A stretch of DNA of 64,000 nt from contig CAIPYM010000008.1 of NCBI GenBank assembly GCA_903869345.1, positions 15,194 through 79,193 of the forward strand, written 5' to 3'. The notes beneath the pieces were generated by a model. It saw only the letters and a list, made by a program, of their open reading frames with translations, had not been told where the DNA came from and did not search any database. Position 1 is the first letter of the stretch; the number at the start of each line of letters is the position of its first letter. The position numbers were made by a program, and so were the translations under genes. The stretch is from an uncultured Pseudomonadota bacterium. GTDB taxonomy: Bacteria; Pseudomonadota; Alphaproteobacteria; UBA9219. Below, piece by piece: positions 20,314 to 29,669 of this stretch.

Positions 20314-22947
20314 CTAACGTTTTGATCCGAGAACGTCCTTCACCGTGGAGGCCAGAACTTTCAGTGTGAACGGCTTGCTGAGGAACCGGATGGGCTCGCC
20401 CGAGGAAAACTGCTCGCGCAACCGGTCTTCCGTGTAGCCGGACACAAACACCACCTTCATCGTGGGCCAACGCTCTTTGATGTGTTTGTAGAGCGTCGGG
20501 CCGTCCATTTGGGGCATGACGACGTCCGTGATGGTGAGGTCAATCTTGTGGCCCTCTTGTTCCAACACATGGAGGGCTTCCTCGCCGCTGCGGGCCTCAA
20601 AAACGTTGTAGCCCTTGTTGCGCAAGGCCCGCGACGAGAACACACGCACGGCGTCTTCGTCCTCCACCAACAGGATCGTCCCTACGCCCGTCAGGTCGGG
20701 AGCGGGGGTATCGGTTCGGTCTTCCTCGGGCGTGACGGGTTCGCCGAGCGCTGCTCCTCCGCCTCCCGCCTCCAGCGTGGGCAGGTAGATCGTGAACGTG
20801 GAGCCTTCGCCGATATGGCTGTCAACATGCACGAACCCACCGGTTTGGCGCACAATCCCGTAAACCGTGGACAGCCCAAGGCCTGTACCTGACCCCGGCT
20901 CCTTGGTTGAGAAAAAGGGCTCGAAGATGCGCTGCAGGTTGGCCCTTGGAATCCCGGTGCCCGTGTCGCTGACCTCAATCGCCACGTAGGCGCCGGGAGG
21001 CATTTCATCCTGGCCCCGCAAAACGGGTTTTGTCTGGTTGACGTTGCTCGTGCGGATGGTGACCGTTCCGCCGTGGGGCATGGCGTCCCGCGCGTTCACG
21101 ACAAGGTTGATGATGACCTGTTCCAGCTGGCCCTGGTCCACTTTCACAAACCCAAGATCGCGTCCGTGAACGACGTCCAAGCGAATGTTGGCCCCGATGA
21201 GCCGCCCCAAAAGGTTGCTGAGTTCCGACAATACGTCCGCAAGGCTGAGGACCTTGGGTTGCAACGTTTGCTGGCGCGAGAAGGCCAGCAGTTGGCGCAC
21301 AAGATTCGCCGCACGGTTCGAGTTCTGTTTGATTTGCATAATGTCCGCGAAGCTCTGGTCACCCGGCTTGTGGCGCTGAAGCAGAAGGTCGCAAAAGCCA
21401 ATCATCGCGGTCAGAAGGTTGTTGAAATCGTGCGCGACGCCGCCCGCCAATTGGCCGATCGCCTGCATCTTTTGGGAATGCGCGAACTGGACTTCCAGAC
21501 GTTTTTGCTCGGTCGCGTCAATGACATAAAGCACGAGCCCCGGCCCCGGCGCGGGCGCAGCGGCTGGAGCAGAAGAAGGGGCCGTAGCTTGATCCGACGA
21601 TTCGGAAGGCGCGGACGAAGGTGCGGGCGATGTATGGCTTTCGCCGGGATGGGGTTCCTCCCGAAACCGCTTGATAAAAACGTGCGTCACCACCTCGCGT
21701 TCCGCCACAAGACGGACGACAAGAGGCCCCGGACTGTCGGTCCCGTTCAGCACATCACGCAGCCGATCCAGCGCGGTTGCACGCTCCGCCGGGGCGATAA
21801 TTTCAGCCAGCGGCAAGTTGATAATGGCCTCGTGCGGGCGGCCTGCAATGCGCTCAAACGCGTGGTTGCACTCAACGGTGACAAAGGACGAATCCAGCAG
21901 CAACACCCCGATGGGGGATTCCGCGAACAGGCGCTGAAAACGGTACTCGGACAGTGACAACGCCTTTTGCCATTCACGCTCAGGCGCGAGGTTGCGCACA
22001 ATGGAGCGCGTGCGCAGGGCACGGCCATCGTCCCCCACGACAACGGTTTGCGTAATGGCGACGGGGAACAGCGAGCTGTCCCGTCTCCGCATCATGACCT
22101 CGCCGCGCAGCTCCCCCTGGGGGCCGGGCCCCAAGGCGTAGGGTGCCACCGTCGTTGGCAGGTCGCCCAGCACTTGACGCAACCGCGCATCGCCCTTGAC
22201 CATCTCTTCGGGCGTGACCTGAAGCCACGTCGCAAGTGTGTGGTTCACGAACCGGAAACGGCCGTGTTGGTCCACCGAATACAGCCCGACGGGCGCATGG
22301 TCCATGAAGTCCACAAGCTTGTTTTGCTCATCCCGCATGGCCCTCTCCATGCGGCGACGCTCGCTGATGTCCTCAAAACGCCAGTGGCAATACCTGTCAG
22401 GCCCGTCCAAGGGACGCGCCACGATCCGTCGCCACTCGGTCACGCGGCTTCCGCGCAAGACGGGCAGATCCGCCGTCACGGTCTGGCCGCGCACGAGGCG
22501 TGCGCGCAGAGCCTTAAATTCCTCTGCACCCTTGGGCGTTACGCCAAAGCGTGCTTCCAACGCTTTCACGGCGCTGGGCCCCTCCAGATTGATCCAGCCC
22601 CTAAAGGCGCGATTGGCGAGAACAATTGTCCCCGCTCCGTCGGTGATCAACTGAGGCGACAACGTGCTGTCAAAAGCCTCGCCGAGCAAGCGATCCCTCG
22701 CCGAAATCGATTGGTACCGTGCGACACGTCGCCCCAGCACGACCGCCAACGCGAGAAAAACGATCCCACACCCCGTGCCGAGCCAAACACTCACAACCGA
22801 TGGCGCAAGCGCGGGGCCCAAAATCCCCACAACGCCAAAAAACGCCTCCACCATGACCAGGCGAAAGAGACCCTGCCCCGAAATCTCCTCCGACGAGGAG
22901 CTGAGCTTTGCGGGAAGGGAAGGAGGGGTGCGAGAGGGGACGGACAT
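20314..22947 (-). CDS. cckA: Hybrid sensor histidine kinase/response regulator, CckA-like (2 TM, PAS, HisKA, HATPase, REC)
   Basis: H-box GGVAHDFNNLLTAMIGF, HATPase N/G boxes and a C-terminal receiver (ILLVEDEDAVR…DVVMPQMDG). This resembles alphaproteobacterial CckA. The real start is ATG 22945-22947 (MSVPSRTPP…). The upstream 322 codons of the 1199-aa ORF are antisense to psd. Confidence 0.65.
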   Translation of the reverse strand: MSVPSRTPPSLPAKLSSSSEEISGQGLFRLVMVEAFFGVVGILGPALAPSVVSVWLGTGCGIVFLALAVVLGRRVARYQSISARDRLLGEAFDSTLSPQLITDGAGTIVLANRAFRGWINLEGPSAVKALEARFGVTPKGAEEFKALRARLVRGQTVTADLPVLRGSRVTEWRRIVARPLDGPDRYCHWRFEDISERRRMERAMRDEQNKLVDFMDHAPVGLYSVDQHGRFRFVNHTLATWLQVTPEEMVKGDARLRQVLGDLPTTVAPYALGPGPQGELRGEVMMRRRDSSLFPVAITQTVVVGDDGRALRTRSIVRNLAPEREWQKALSLSEYRFQRLFAESPIGVLLLDSSFVTVECNHAFERIAGRPHEAIINLPLAEIIAPAERATALDRLRDVLNGTDSPGPLVVRLVAEREVVTHVFIKRFREEPHPGESHTSPAPSSAPSESSDQATAPSSAPAAAPAPGPGLVLYVIDATEQKRLEVQFAHSQKMQAIGQLAGGVAHDFNNLLTAMIGFCDLLLQRHKPGDQSFADIMQIKQNSNRAANLVRQLLAFSRQQTLQPKVLSLADVLSELSNLLGRLIGANIRLDVVHGRDLGFVKVDQGQLEQVIINLVVNARDAMPHGGTVTIRTSNVNQTKPVLRGQDEMPPGAYVAIEVSDTGTGIPRANLQRIFEPFFSTKEPGSGTGLGLSTVYGIVRQTGGFVHVDSHIGEGSTFTIYLPTLEAGGGGAALGEPVTPEEDRTDTPAPDLTGVGTILLVEDEDAVRVFSSRALRNKGYNVFEARSGEEALHVLEQEGHKIDLTITDVVMPQMDGPTLYKHIKERWPTMKVVFVSGYTEDRLREQFSSGEPIRFLSKPFTLKVLASTVKDVLGSKR

Positions 22948-23154
22948 GCGTTCAAGACCTTTCCTCGTGTCCTTGTGTTCCCGGCGGTTTGCAGCCTGCT
23001 TTTCGCGTGGCCGCAGGGAACGTGCCTTGTTACTAGAGGATTCCTCGTTTTTATCAAGTTCCCCGAGGGGAAACTCTGCTGTGTGCCCCACTTGCAATCC
23101 CGGAAAGAGCCCGGCACGATGGCCCCTCACCTCTCTCAATGACCGAGGATTCCG

Positions 23155-23865
23155 ATGCCAAAACCCTGGAGCGTTCAAGCCCCGATTCACCCGGAAGGGT
23201 GGCGGTTCGTGGGACCCTTGGCCCTGGCGACCGTTGCGCTGACCTATCTGTTTGGCGTCAGCGTGTTGATGGCCGGAGCCCTGATCACGCTGTCCGTTGC
23301 GGCGTTTTTCCGGAACCCCCGGCGCATCACGCCCACGCGGGCCGGGCTTGTGATCGGCCCTGCCGACGGGCGCGTCGTGGCCGTCAAAGAGGTGACTCCC
23401 GAGCCCGCGCTTGGTCTTGGCGAAGAGCCTCGCGTCCGGATCAGCATTTTCCTCAGCGTCCTGAATGTGCACGTGAACCGGAGCCCCGTGGATGGGACCG
23501 TGACCCATACCGACTACCGCCCCGGCGTGTTTGTGAACGCCGCGTTTGATAAGGCGAGCGAGAAAAACGAACGTTCGGCTCTTGCTCTTAGGTGGACGGG
23601 GGATCATCCCCGCGCGGGCCAGACGGTTGGCGTTGTCCAAATCGCGGGGCTGATCGCGCGGCGGATTGTGACGGACGCGCACGAGGGCCAGAGTCTGCAG
23701 GCGGGCGAGCGGTTTGGCCTCATTCGCTTTGGAAGCCGCACGGACGTTTACCTGCCGCAAGGTCTCACGCCCTTGGTCAGCGTCGGTCAGCGCGTCGTGG
23801 GCGGTGAGACGGTTCTGGCCGATGCGCGTTCCGATGAGCCCACCCGCGTGGGCGAAGCACGGTAG
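23155..23865 (+). CDS. psd: Phosphatidylserine decarboxylase family proenzyme (short archaeal-type Psd)
   Basis: About 236 aa with Psd-like sequence and a GS self-cleavage site in LIRFGSRTDVYLP. Confidence 0.7.
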   Translation: MPKPWSVQAPIHPEGWRFVGPLALATVALTYLFGVSVLMAGALITLSVAAFFRNPRRITPTRAGLVIGPADGRVVAVKEVTPEPALGLGEEPRVRISIFLSVLNVHVNRSPVDGTVTHTDYRPGVFVNAAFDKASEKNERSALALRWTGDHPRAGQTVGVVQIAGLIARRIVTDAHEGQSLQAGERFGLIRFGSRTDVYLPQGLTPLVSVGQRVVGGETVLADARSDEPTRVGEAR

Positions 23866-23911
23866 GGCGTGCGCGAACCCCTTCATCTGCCGCCCGAGAG
23901 AGGGACCCACC

Positions 23912-25477
23912 ATGGGACAACGGGTGCGTGATCTTATTCTTCAACGCCCCGCTTTTGTCTTCGTGGGATTCGTGGCGCTTCATGTTTTGTTGTGGGTCCT
24001 GATCCCCGCGCTCGTGGATGTCAACGCGCCGCCGGACGTTGTCGAAGGTCACGCCTGGGGGCATGAGTGGCCGCTCGGCACCTACAAACACCCCCCCTTG
24101 CAGGCCTGGATTCTTGAAGGCGCGGCGGTCCTGACGGGACATTGGGCGCGAGTCCACTTGCTGCTGACGCAGCTTGCGGTGGCCGTTACGTTTTGGGCCG
24201 TTTGGTCCACGGGTCGGCGGATCGTGGGCGAGATTCCCGCACTGCTTTCCGTCCTCGTTCTGGATGGCCTCACGTACTACACGATTGACACGCCTCAGTA
24301 TAACCCGCTGAACCCCAACGTGGTTCAGATGATGTTTTGCGCCTTGATGATCCGCTACCTTTACGTCGCCCTGCAGGACAATCGCACGCGCGACTGGCTG
24401 ATCCTCGGCCTCGTCAGCGCCGGGGGGCTTTACGGCAAATACAGCACGGCCCTTTTGTTAGCCGTGTTTGTCGCGTGGGCGATTTTCCGTCCCGAGGGGC
24501 GGGCGCGTCTCAGGGAAAAAGGCCCCTACCTTGCGGCGGGGCTTTGCCTGGTCCTGTTCATTCCCCACCTTGTTTGGCTCGTTGAGCATCAGTTTTTGCC
24601 GTTTGCGTACACCTCGGACCGATTGCAGGATCGAACAGCGTTTCCCTCGTTCCTAACGGCCCCCCTGGAGTTCGCCGTGGGGGAGGTGGGCAAGCTGTTG
24701 CCTGTCCTGGCCCTTTTCAGCGTGGCCGCGTTCCGGGGGCCGCGATCCCCTCGGCCGGAGGTGCCCCCTTCCGTCTCGACCGAGGACAAGGCGTTCTTCG
24801 ATTACGTTGTATTAGGTCCTCCGTTGATCCTGGCCGTTCTTTCAAGCCTCGGGGGGTTTACGGTGCACCATCTGTGGACCACGGCCCTCTGGAGTTACCT
24901 GGGGCTTTGGGGCGCTCTGCGGTGGCCGTTGAAAACGGATGCGTCGTGCCTCAAAATCTTCGCAAGCATTTGGGGAGGAATCTTTCTCCTCGGTCTTGGG
25001 GGGTACGCGGTGTCGGAGGTCGGAGCACCTTACCTGAATGATCGCCCCCGGCGCGTTTTGTTTCCCGGTGCCGAAATGTCGGATGTTCTTGAAAAAGCCT
25101 GGCACGATCACGAGGGCCCATCGCCCTTGCCGTACGTGATCGGCACCACGTGGCTTGCGGGCAACGTGTCCCTTTACGGGGCCGACCACCCGCGTGTTTT
25201 CATCGACGCGGACGAGGCCAAAACCCCGACCATCACGACCCAGGATGTGCTTGCCAAGGGGGGAATGGTGATCTGGTGCGTGGCTAACTGTTTTGATCGT
25301 GCGGACATCACGCTGACGGCCGAGGGGGTGGCACAGCGTTTCCCTCGGGCGATTCAGCAAGAACCCCTGACCCTCCGGTGGGCAACATCGGCCCCGCTTC
25401 CCCCGGCGGTCCTCGGCTGGGCGTTGTTGCCGTCCCAGAAAGAGCCGACCCCTCTTCATGTCCAGGAGACGCGATGA
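23912..25477 (+). CDS. Glycosyltransferase family 39 (ArnT/PMT-like) membrane protein
   Basis: Multi-TM N-terminal domain with GT39-like motifs. Start ATG 23912 (MGQRVRDLIL). The upstream part of ORF 23714 overlaps psd. Confidence 0.6.
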   Translation: MGQRVRDLILQRPAFVFVGFVALHVLLWVLIPALVDVNAPPDVVEGHAWGHEWPLGTYKHPPLQAWILEGAAVLTGHWARVHLLLTQLAVAVTFWAVWSTGRRIVGEIPALLSVLVLDGLTYYTIDTPQYNPLNPNVVQMMFCALMIRYLYVALQDNRTRDWLILGLVSAGGLYGKYSTALLLAVFVAWAIFRPEGRARLREKGPYLAAGLCLVLFIPHLVWLVEHQFLPFAYTSDRLQDRTAFPSFLTAPLEFAVGEVGKLLPVLALFSVAAFRGPRSPRPEVPPSVSTEDKAFFDYVVLGPPLILAVLSSLGGFTVHHLWTTALWSYLGLWGALRWPLKTDASCLKIFASIWGGIFLLGLGGYAVSEVGAPYLNDRPRRVLFPGAEMSDVLEKAWHDHEGPSPLPYVIGTTWLAGNVSLYGADHPRVFIDADEAKTPTITTQDVLAKGGMVIWCVANCFDRADITLTAEGVAQRFPRAIQQEPLTLRWATSAPLPPAVLGWALLPSQKEPTPLHVQETR

Positions 25478-26295
25478 AACGCTCCTTTTTCCCCCGTGCC
25501 TCCGCGACGTTGGCCGTGAACGCGAACCTGATCTGGGGGATGCACGCCGTCCGCGCGGCGTGGCTCAACCCGAAGCGCACGTGCAAGCGGCTCTGGCTGA
25601 CCGAAGGCGCGGCGCAGGAACTGGCCGAGACCTTTGCGCATGCGGCCAAAGCCAAGCTCCCCCGCCCGGAGCCGCGTCTGACGGACCGCGCCGAGATGGA
25701 CCGGATGCTTCCCGCAGGCAGTGTCCACCAGGGCGTGATTGTGGACGTCGCGCCCTTGCCCGAGGTGACGCTCGATAACCTGGTGGCCCCATTGTCGGGG
25801 CAAGAACCCCCGCGCCTGCTGCTGGCGCTCGACCAAGTGACCGACCCGCGCAACGTGGGGGCGATTTTACGCTCCGCCGCCGCGCTGGGGGCCGGAGCCA
25901 TTCTGGTGACCGAGCGCCACGCGCCGGGGCTCACGGGCGTCATGGCGAAGGCGGCCTCCGGGGCGCTGGAGGTCGTGCCGATCGTGGCGGTTGTGAACCT
26001 CGCACGGGCGCTGGAGATCCTCGGCCGCGCCAACTATTTGCGTGTTGGACTTGCGGAAGAGGGGGCCCTGCGGCTTGAAGACCTGGACCTCGGCGAGCGC
26101 GTCGTGCTGGTCCTGGGCGCGGAGGGCGAGGGCCTGCGGCGTCTGACGCGCGAACGCTGCGATCACCTGGTCCACCTGCCCACGCGCGGCCCCATCGGGA
26201 GCCTGAATGTCTCCAACGCCGCCGCCATCGCCCTTTACGAGGCCCAACGGAGCCGGGAGGGTGGGACGACCTCGAGCCAACACCCAATAAGATGA
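25474..26295 (+). CDS. rlmB: 23S rRNA (guanosine-2'-O)-methyltransferase RlmB (SpoU/TrmH family)
   Basis: SpoU motifs (LDQVTDPRNVGAILRSA, LVLGAEGEGL, GSLNVSNAAAIALYE). Start ATG 25474 overlaps the GT39 stop (ATGA). Confidence 0.8.
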   Translation: MKRSFFPRASATLAVNANLIWGMHAVRAAWLNPKRTCKRLWLTEGAAQELAETFAHAAKAKLPRPEPRLTDRAEMDRMLPAGSVHQGVIVDVAPLPEVTLDNLVAPLSGQEPPRLLLALDQVTDPRNVGAILRSAAALGAGAILVTERHAPGLTGVMAKAASGALEVVPIVAVVNLARALEILGRANYLRVGLAEEGALRLEDLDLGERVVLVLGAEGEGLRRLTRERCDHLVHLPTRGPIGSLNVSNAAAIALYEAQRSREGGTTSSQHPIR

Positions 26296-26330
26296 TGATC
26301 ATCCCTTTTTAGGCACAAAAATTGCAAAAG

Positions 26331-26385
26331 GCACGGCGGGCTTCCCCCTCTCCTCCGTGGGAGAGGGTTGTTGTGCCGTGTCGCG
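26331..26385. terminator. Structured GC hairpin region between convergent rlmB and yqgE (bidirectional terminator candidate)
   Basis: Nested inverted repeats GCACGGC…CCCTCTC-CTCCGTGG-GAGAGGG…GCCGTG flanked by T-rich tracts on both strands. Confidence 0.4.
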
Positions 26386-26441
26386 ATACGTCTGAGAAAC
26401 GCTCTAGGAATCCGACTTTCGTCGGGAGGGAGCCCGAATCC

Positions 26442-27035
26442 TTAGGCGTGCCCTACGTCAGCCAACAACGTCACGGGGCTGACGCCCAGCGTTTGCAAAG
26501 CGCGTTCCCACTTGGTCTCGTTATGGGTGCTGAAAATAATTTCGGGATCGGGCGTGGCGACAAGCCACCCGTTGGCTTGAATCTCTTCCTCAAGCTGCCC
26601 TGCGCCCCAACCGGCATACCCCAGGGCTAAAAGGGCCTGCGAAGGGCCGGTACCTTCGGCGATGGCCTGCAAAACCTCCACCGTCGTCGTGAGGGCGACG
26701 TTCGCGCCAAGAACCGTCGTTCCCTCGCGCTGGTAATCGGGTGTGTGGAGGACAAACCCGCGCACGGGCTCGACAGGACCGCCAAAGTGAACGGGAAGAT
26801 CGCGGGTGCTTTCCGCTGGGTTGATATTGAGTTGCGTCAAAAGCCCACGAAAATTCAAATCGCCGTAAAGTCGGTTGAGGACGATTCCCATCGCGCCTTC
26901 GGGGCTATGCGAGCACACGTAAATGACGGAGCGCGCAAAGCGCGGATCGGGCATCGTGGGCGTTGCCACCAACAGACGGTCGGCCAGCTCTCCCAAGGGT
27001 TTGGCCGCAGGGACAACAGGGTCTTGACCGGCCAC
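26442..27035 (-). CDS. YqgE/AlgH family protein (UPF0301)
   Basis: 197-aa sequence typical of the YqgE/AlgH family (…GIVLNRL…GGPVE…). Confidence 0.75.
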   Translation of the reverse strand: MAGQDPVVPAAKPLGELADRLLVATPTMPDPRFARSVIYVCSHSPEGAMGIVLNRLYGDLNFRGLLTQLNINPAESTRDLPVHFGGPVEPVRGFVLHTPDYQREGTTVLGANVALTTTVEVLQAIAEGTGPSQALLALGYAGWGAGQLEEEIQANGWLVATPDPEIIFSTHNETKWERALQTLGVSPVTLLADVGHA

Positions 27036-27488
27036 GAGAATCCTCCATGTTTCCGTTTTCAGAAACGTTCGACTCCTGGACTATAGGGTATTTTCCCTTC
27101 CGGTGGGAGTATCTTCCCGTTCAGCGCAGGGCTTTTCAAAGGAGGAGAAAACTAAACAACCCTCGACTATACGGCGAGGGGATGGTCAAGAGTCGATTGA
27201 AAATCGACTATCCCCCACAATCGGCTCGCCTTCTTATTGATCGAGGTACGGCTGGATCAATTCATCCGTGATCGTCCTTGAACTGATCGCGCAAGAACCA
27301 CGCGCCCAGCAATAGCGTCCCCAGAACGTTTTCTTGAGATGCACAAACTCCTCCAGCAGAACCCGCGAGCTTACCCCCTTAAAGGACGGCACACTCTTGG
27401 CTACGTCCTGCACCGGACGATAGGCCACAAACATCAGACAAGGTCGCTTCCCCCAAAAACCTGAAAACTGGTTTTTGTTCTTCAACGA

Positions 27489-27764
27489 TCAGGTCCGAAG
27501 GGACGTTTCCAAAGCCAGAATCGCCTTATCGAGGCGACCGGCCATTTTTTGCATGAGCCCCAAGACATCGGCGCGGCGAGCTTGGACCGAAGCCTCGTGC
27601 CGACGGGCTTTTTGCAAGGCGTCTTCGGTTCGTGTCAAACGGCTTTCAAGGCCCGTGAGAGCTTCATCGAGGTCCTCAAGAGCGGCATTCAGACGGAGCA
27701 TGGGCGTAGGCTCTTCCCGCCTCTCGTGAGAATCCGAATCGGCTGTCACCAATTTCATCCTCAC
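27489..27764 (-). CDS. Small coiled-coil protein of unknown function
   Basis: 91-aa ORF with heptad-like L/E/R pattern. Its stop region overlaps the start of the upstream SnoaL-like gene by 4 nt (operon). Could start at the internal MLRLNAALEDL. Confidence 0.35.
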   Translation of the reverse strand: MRMKLVTADSDSHERREEPTPMLRLNAALEDLDEALTGLESRLTRTEDALQKARRHEASVQARRADVLGLMQKMAGRLDKAILALETSLRT

Positions 27765-28552
27765 AACCGGATACTCTTCGATTCATAGCGGCGTCCAATG
27801 AACGTGGGCATCTTTCCACCCCCTGCCCCGCCGGGAAATTGGCGCATCTGGTACGAGGGGTCCGTTTTGGTCCGCGCGCTCCACAGGGCGTCGGGATTCT
27901 GGTGGTAGAAAATATCCGACACGGCCTCGGTGCGCACCCAATCCAGGATTTGTTTACGGTGGACAATTTTCCACACCCCGGCCGGGGCGGGCAAACGCCG
28001 CTCTAGACGGTCGAGGAAACGAACGCCCATGAACACATCCTCTCGCCCCGTCGGTTTATCGAGGCGGTAGTGAACTTGCGCGTACGATTCCACAAACGCG
28101 ACATCCCCTTCCACGGTCGCTTGCACGTTGCCGATCATGTGATGCGTGGAGCGAACCCCCTGCAAGACGCCCAGGATCCAGGCCACATAATCGTGAGAAG
28201 TTCCCTGAAAAATCCCCGGCCCTAAGTCCACCGAAGCATCCGGATGAAAGACGGACCGCAAAACCGTTTCGTCCATCCTGTCGAGTCCACGCGCGGCGGC
28301 GTAAAGCCGGTCCGCCACTTCCGCCTTATCAAGGAGCAATTGCAACGAGGGCGGGAGGAAGTTGGCGGCGTTGCCCGTAACGGCACGTCGTGTCGCGGGA
28401 TCCGCAGGGCTGGCGGTGTGTTTGGGTCGAACAACCGTGGACGGCTTTGAGGCCTTCATGTGCGCAGGGCGCGACGGCGAAGCCTTGCGAGGCGCGGCTG
28501 TCTTAGGAGAGGTGGGCTTTGGATTTCGTTTTGTCTTTTCTGAACGGGCCAT
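27761..28552 (-). CDS. SnoaL-like (NTF2 fold) domain protein with basic Lys/Pro-rich N-terminal tail
   Basis: C-terminal part resembles SnoaL_4/NTF2-like proteins (…ADRLYAAARGLDRMDETVLRSVFHPDASVD…). The N-terminal ~75 aa are K/P/R/S-rich and low complexity. Confidence 0.5.
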   Translation of the reverse strand: MARSEKTKRNPKPTSPKTAAPRKASPSRPAHMKASKPSTVVRPKHTASPADPATRRAVTGNAANFLPPSLQLLLDKAEVADRLYAAARGLDRMDETVLRSVFHPDASVDLGPGIFQGTSHDYVAWILGVLQGVRSTHHMIGNVQATVEGDVAFVESYAQVHYRLDKPTGREDVFMGVRFLDRLERRLPAPAGVWKIVHRKQILDWVRTEAVSDIFYHQNPDALWSARTKTDPSYQMRQFPGGAGGGKMPTFIGRRYESKSIRL

Positions 28553-28573
28553 GGGGCTCTTCTCCGGTGCTCT

Positions 28574-29635
28574 TTGCTCTTTCCTTACTGTCTATTCCAC
28601 CTGGGAACGAGGCCCTGTATACACCACCTTTTTGTTTTTGTCCTCGTTTTTTCGTTTAACCAACGAACAGCCGCCCAAACGTCAACCCGTTCCGGGTTCA
28701 TTTCAAACAACAACTATCTCAACGCGGAACGTTTCGATTTTGTGCCAAGCTCGCTCGAGGGCGGTTCAGTGCCAACAAACGAGAAGGGAACGTGGGCAAG
28801 GAAGGGGATTCTGCGTCTGAAAGGAAGTGTTCATCACGCCGACGAGAGGTCGTTAAACTTCTTGGCTTCGGGCCCAAAACATGGCAGAGGGAGGATCAAA
28901 ATCCGCCCCCGAAAGGAGAGCCTTGACGTGCAGAAACCGCGAGACCATACCGCACGTTATTCCGCCCAGGAGGGGTGCACACAGCTCTTGGATCGGATGG
29001 TGATCGCCTATCTCGCGGACGCCTTGAGCCGGTCCCTGCACCCTCCCGGTAGGCGTTTAGATGTTGTGTGCGAATATGACTCCAGCGGACACATGACGAA
29101 CGGATTGGTGTCTTTGTCCAATGAGAGCCTCTTTTGCAAGAATCTCCCTTTCGCCCGGATTGTCCTCAGCCGCAACACCCGCATCGAAGGTGGCGGGCCT
29201 GAAGCACGGTGCTGGTCGATCCAAACTTTTCAACACCCCCCTTTGGAAGCATCTGAAGCCTCCAGGGTCTTGCTTCAAACCGTGTTCACAATATTAGATA
29301 TTTCGTCTCCATCAGATGGCATGAGCGACGATGGAAGGCGGTCCGCGTCCACCTCCCTCACAGAAACGTTGGCGGAACACGCCGTAGCTCGCTGGCTCAC
29401 GACTCATCCGGAGGACAGAGGGGAGTGGGAAGAGGTGCTTCTTCTGGCCCGAACTGAGCGGGCACAGGATATCCTCTTCGCGGGCCGTGCAGCTGCCTTC
29501 AGCTTTTATGATGTGATTTGTTGCCCCAATCCTTCTTGTGCAGCTTCACCCCCCCTCCCTTCTGAAGTAACGTTGCGTGTTTGTCCTACGGGTACCTCTT
29601 CACTGACTTTCAGGTTACTGTACCCTCACCTTTAA
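28574..29635 (+). CDS. Orphan protein, probably secreted and Cys-rich, in an AT-richer island; start uncertain
   Basis: 353-codon stop-free ORF in a visibly lower-GC segment, which is unlikely by chance. It opens with TTG 21 bp from the divergent SnoaL start. There is no ATG until codon 152. A candidate GTG at 28928 has an AAGGAGAG RBS. The N-terminus looks signal-peptide-like (…VFVLVFSFNQRTAAQ). No homologue is recognised. Confidence 0.4.
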   Translation: MLFPYCLFHLGTRPCIHHLFVFVLVFSFNQRTAAQTSTRSGFISNNNYLNAERFDFVPSSLEGGSVPTNEKGTWARKGILRLKGSVHHADERSLNFLASGPKHGRGRIKIRPRKESLDVQKPRDHTARYSAQEGCTQLLDRMVIAYLADALSRSLHPPGRRLDVVCEYDSSGHMTNGLVSLSNESLFCKNLPFARIVLSRNTRIEGGGPEARCWSIQTFQHPPLEASEASRVLLQTVFTILDISSPSDGMSDDGRRSASTSLTETLAEHAVARWLTTHPEDRGEWEEVLLLARTERAQDILFAGRAAAFSFYDVICCPNPSCAASPPLPSEVTLRVCPTGTSSLTFRLLYPHL

Positions 29636-29669
29636 AAGGGGGGTAGTCAACCTCATCCCCTTCAGGGCC

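Noticed and set aside
22948-23913. N-terminal 322 codons of the 1199-aa kinase ORF
   Set aside because: It is antisense to psd and low complexity. An ATG immediately precedes the predicted TM/PAS architecture at 22947.
28560-29640. Possible tmRNA (ssrA) next to smpB
   Set aside because: No tRNA-like T-arm/CCA, no permuted-tmRNA acceptor piece and no tag-peptide reading frame (ANDN…) were found. The region instead carries a long protein-coding frame.
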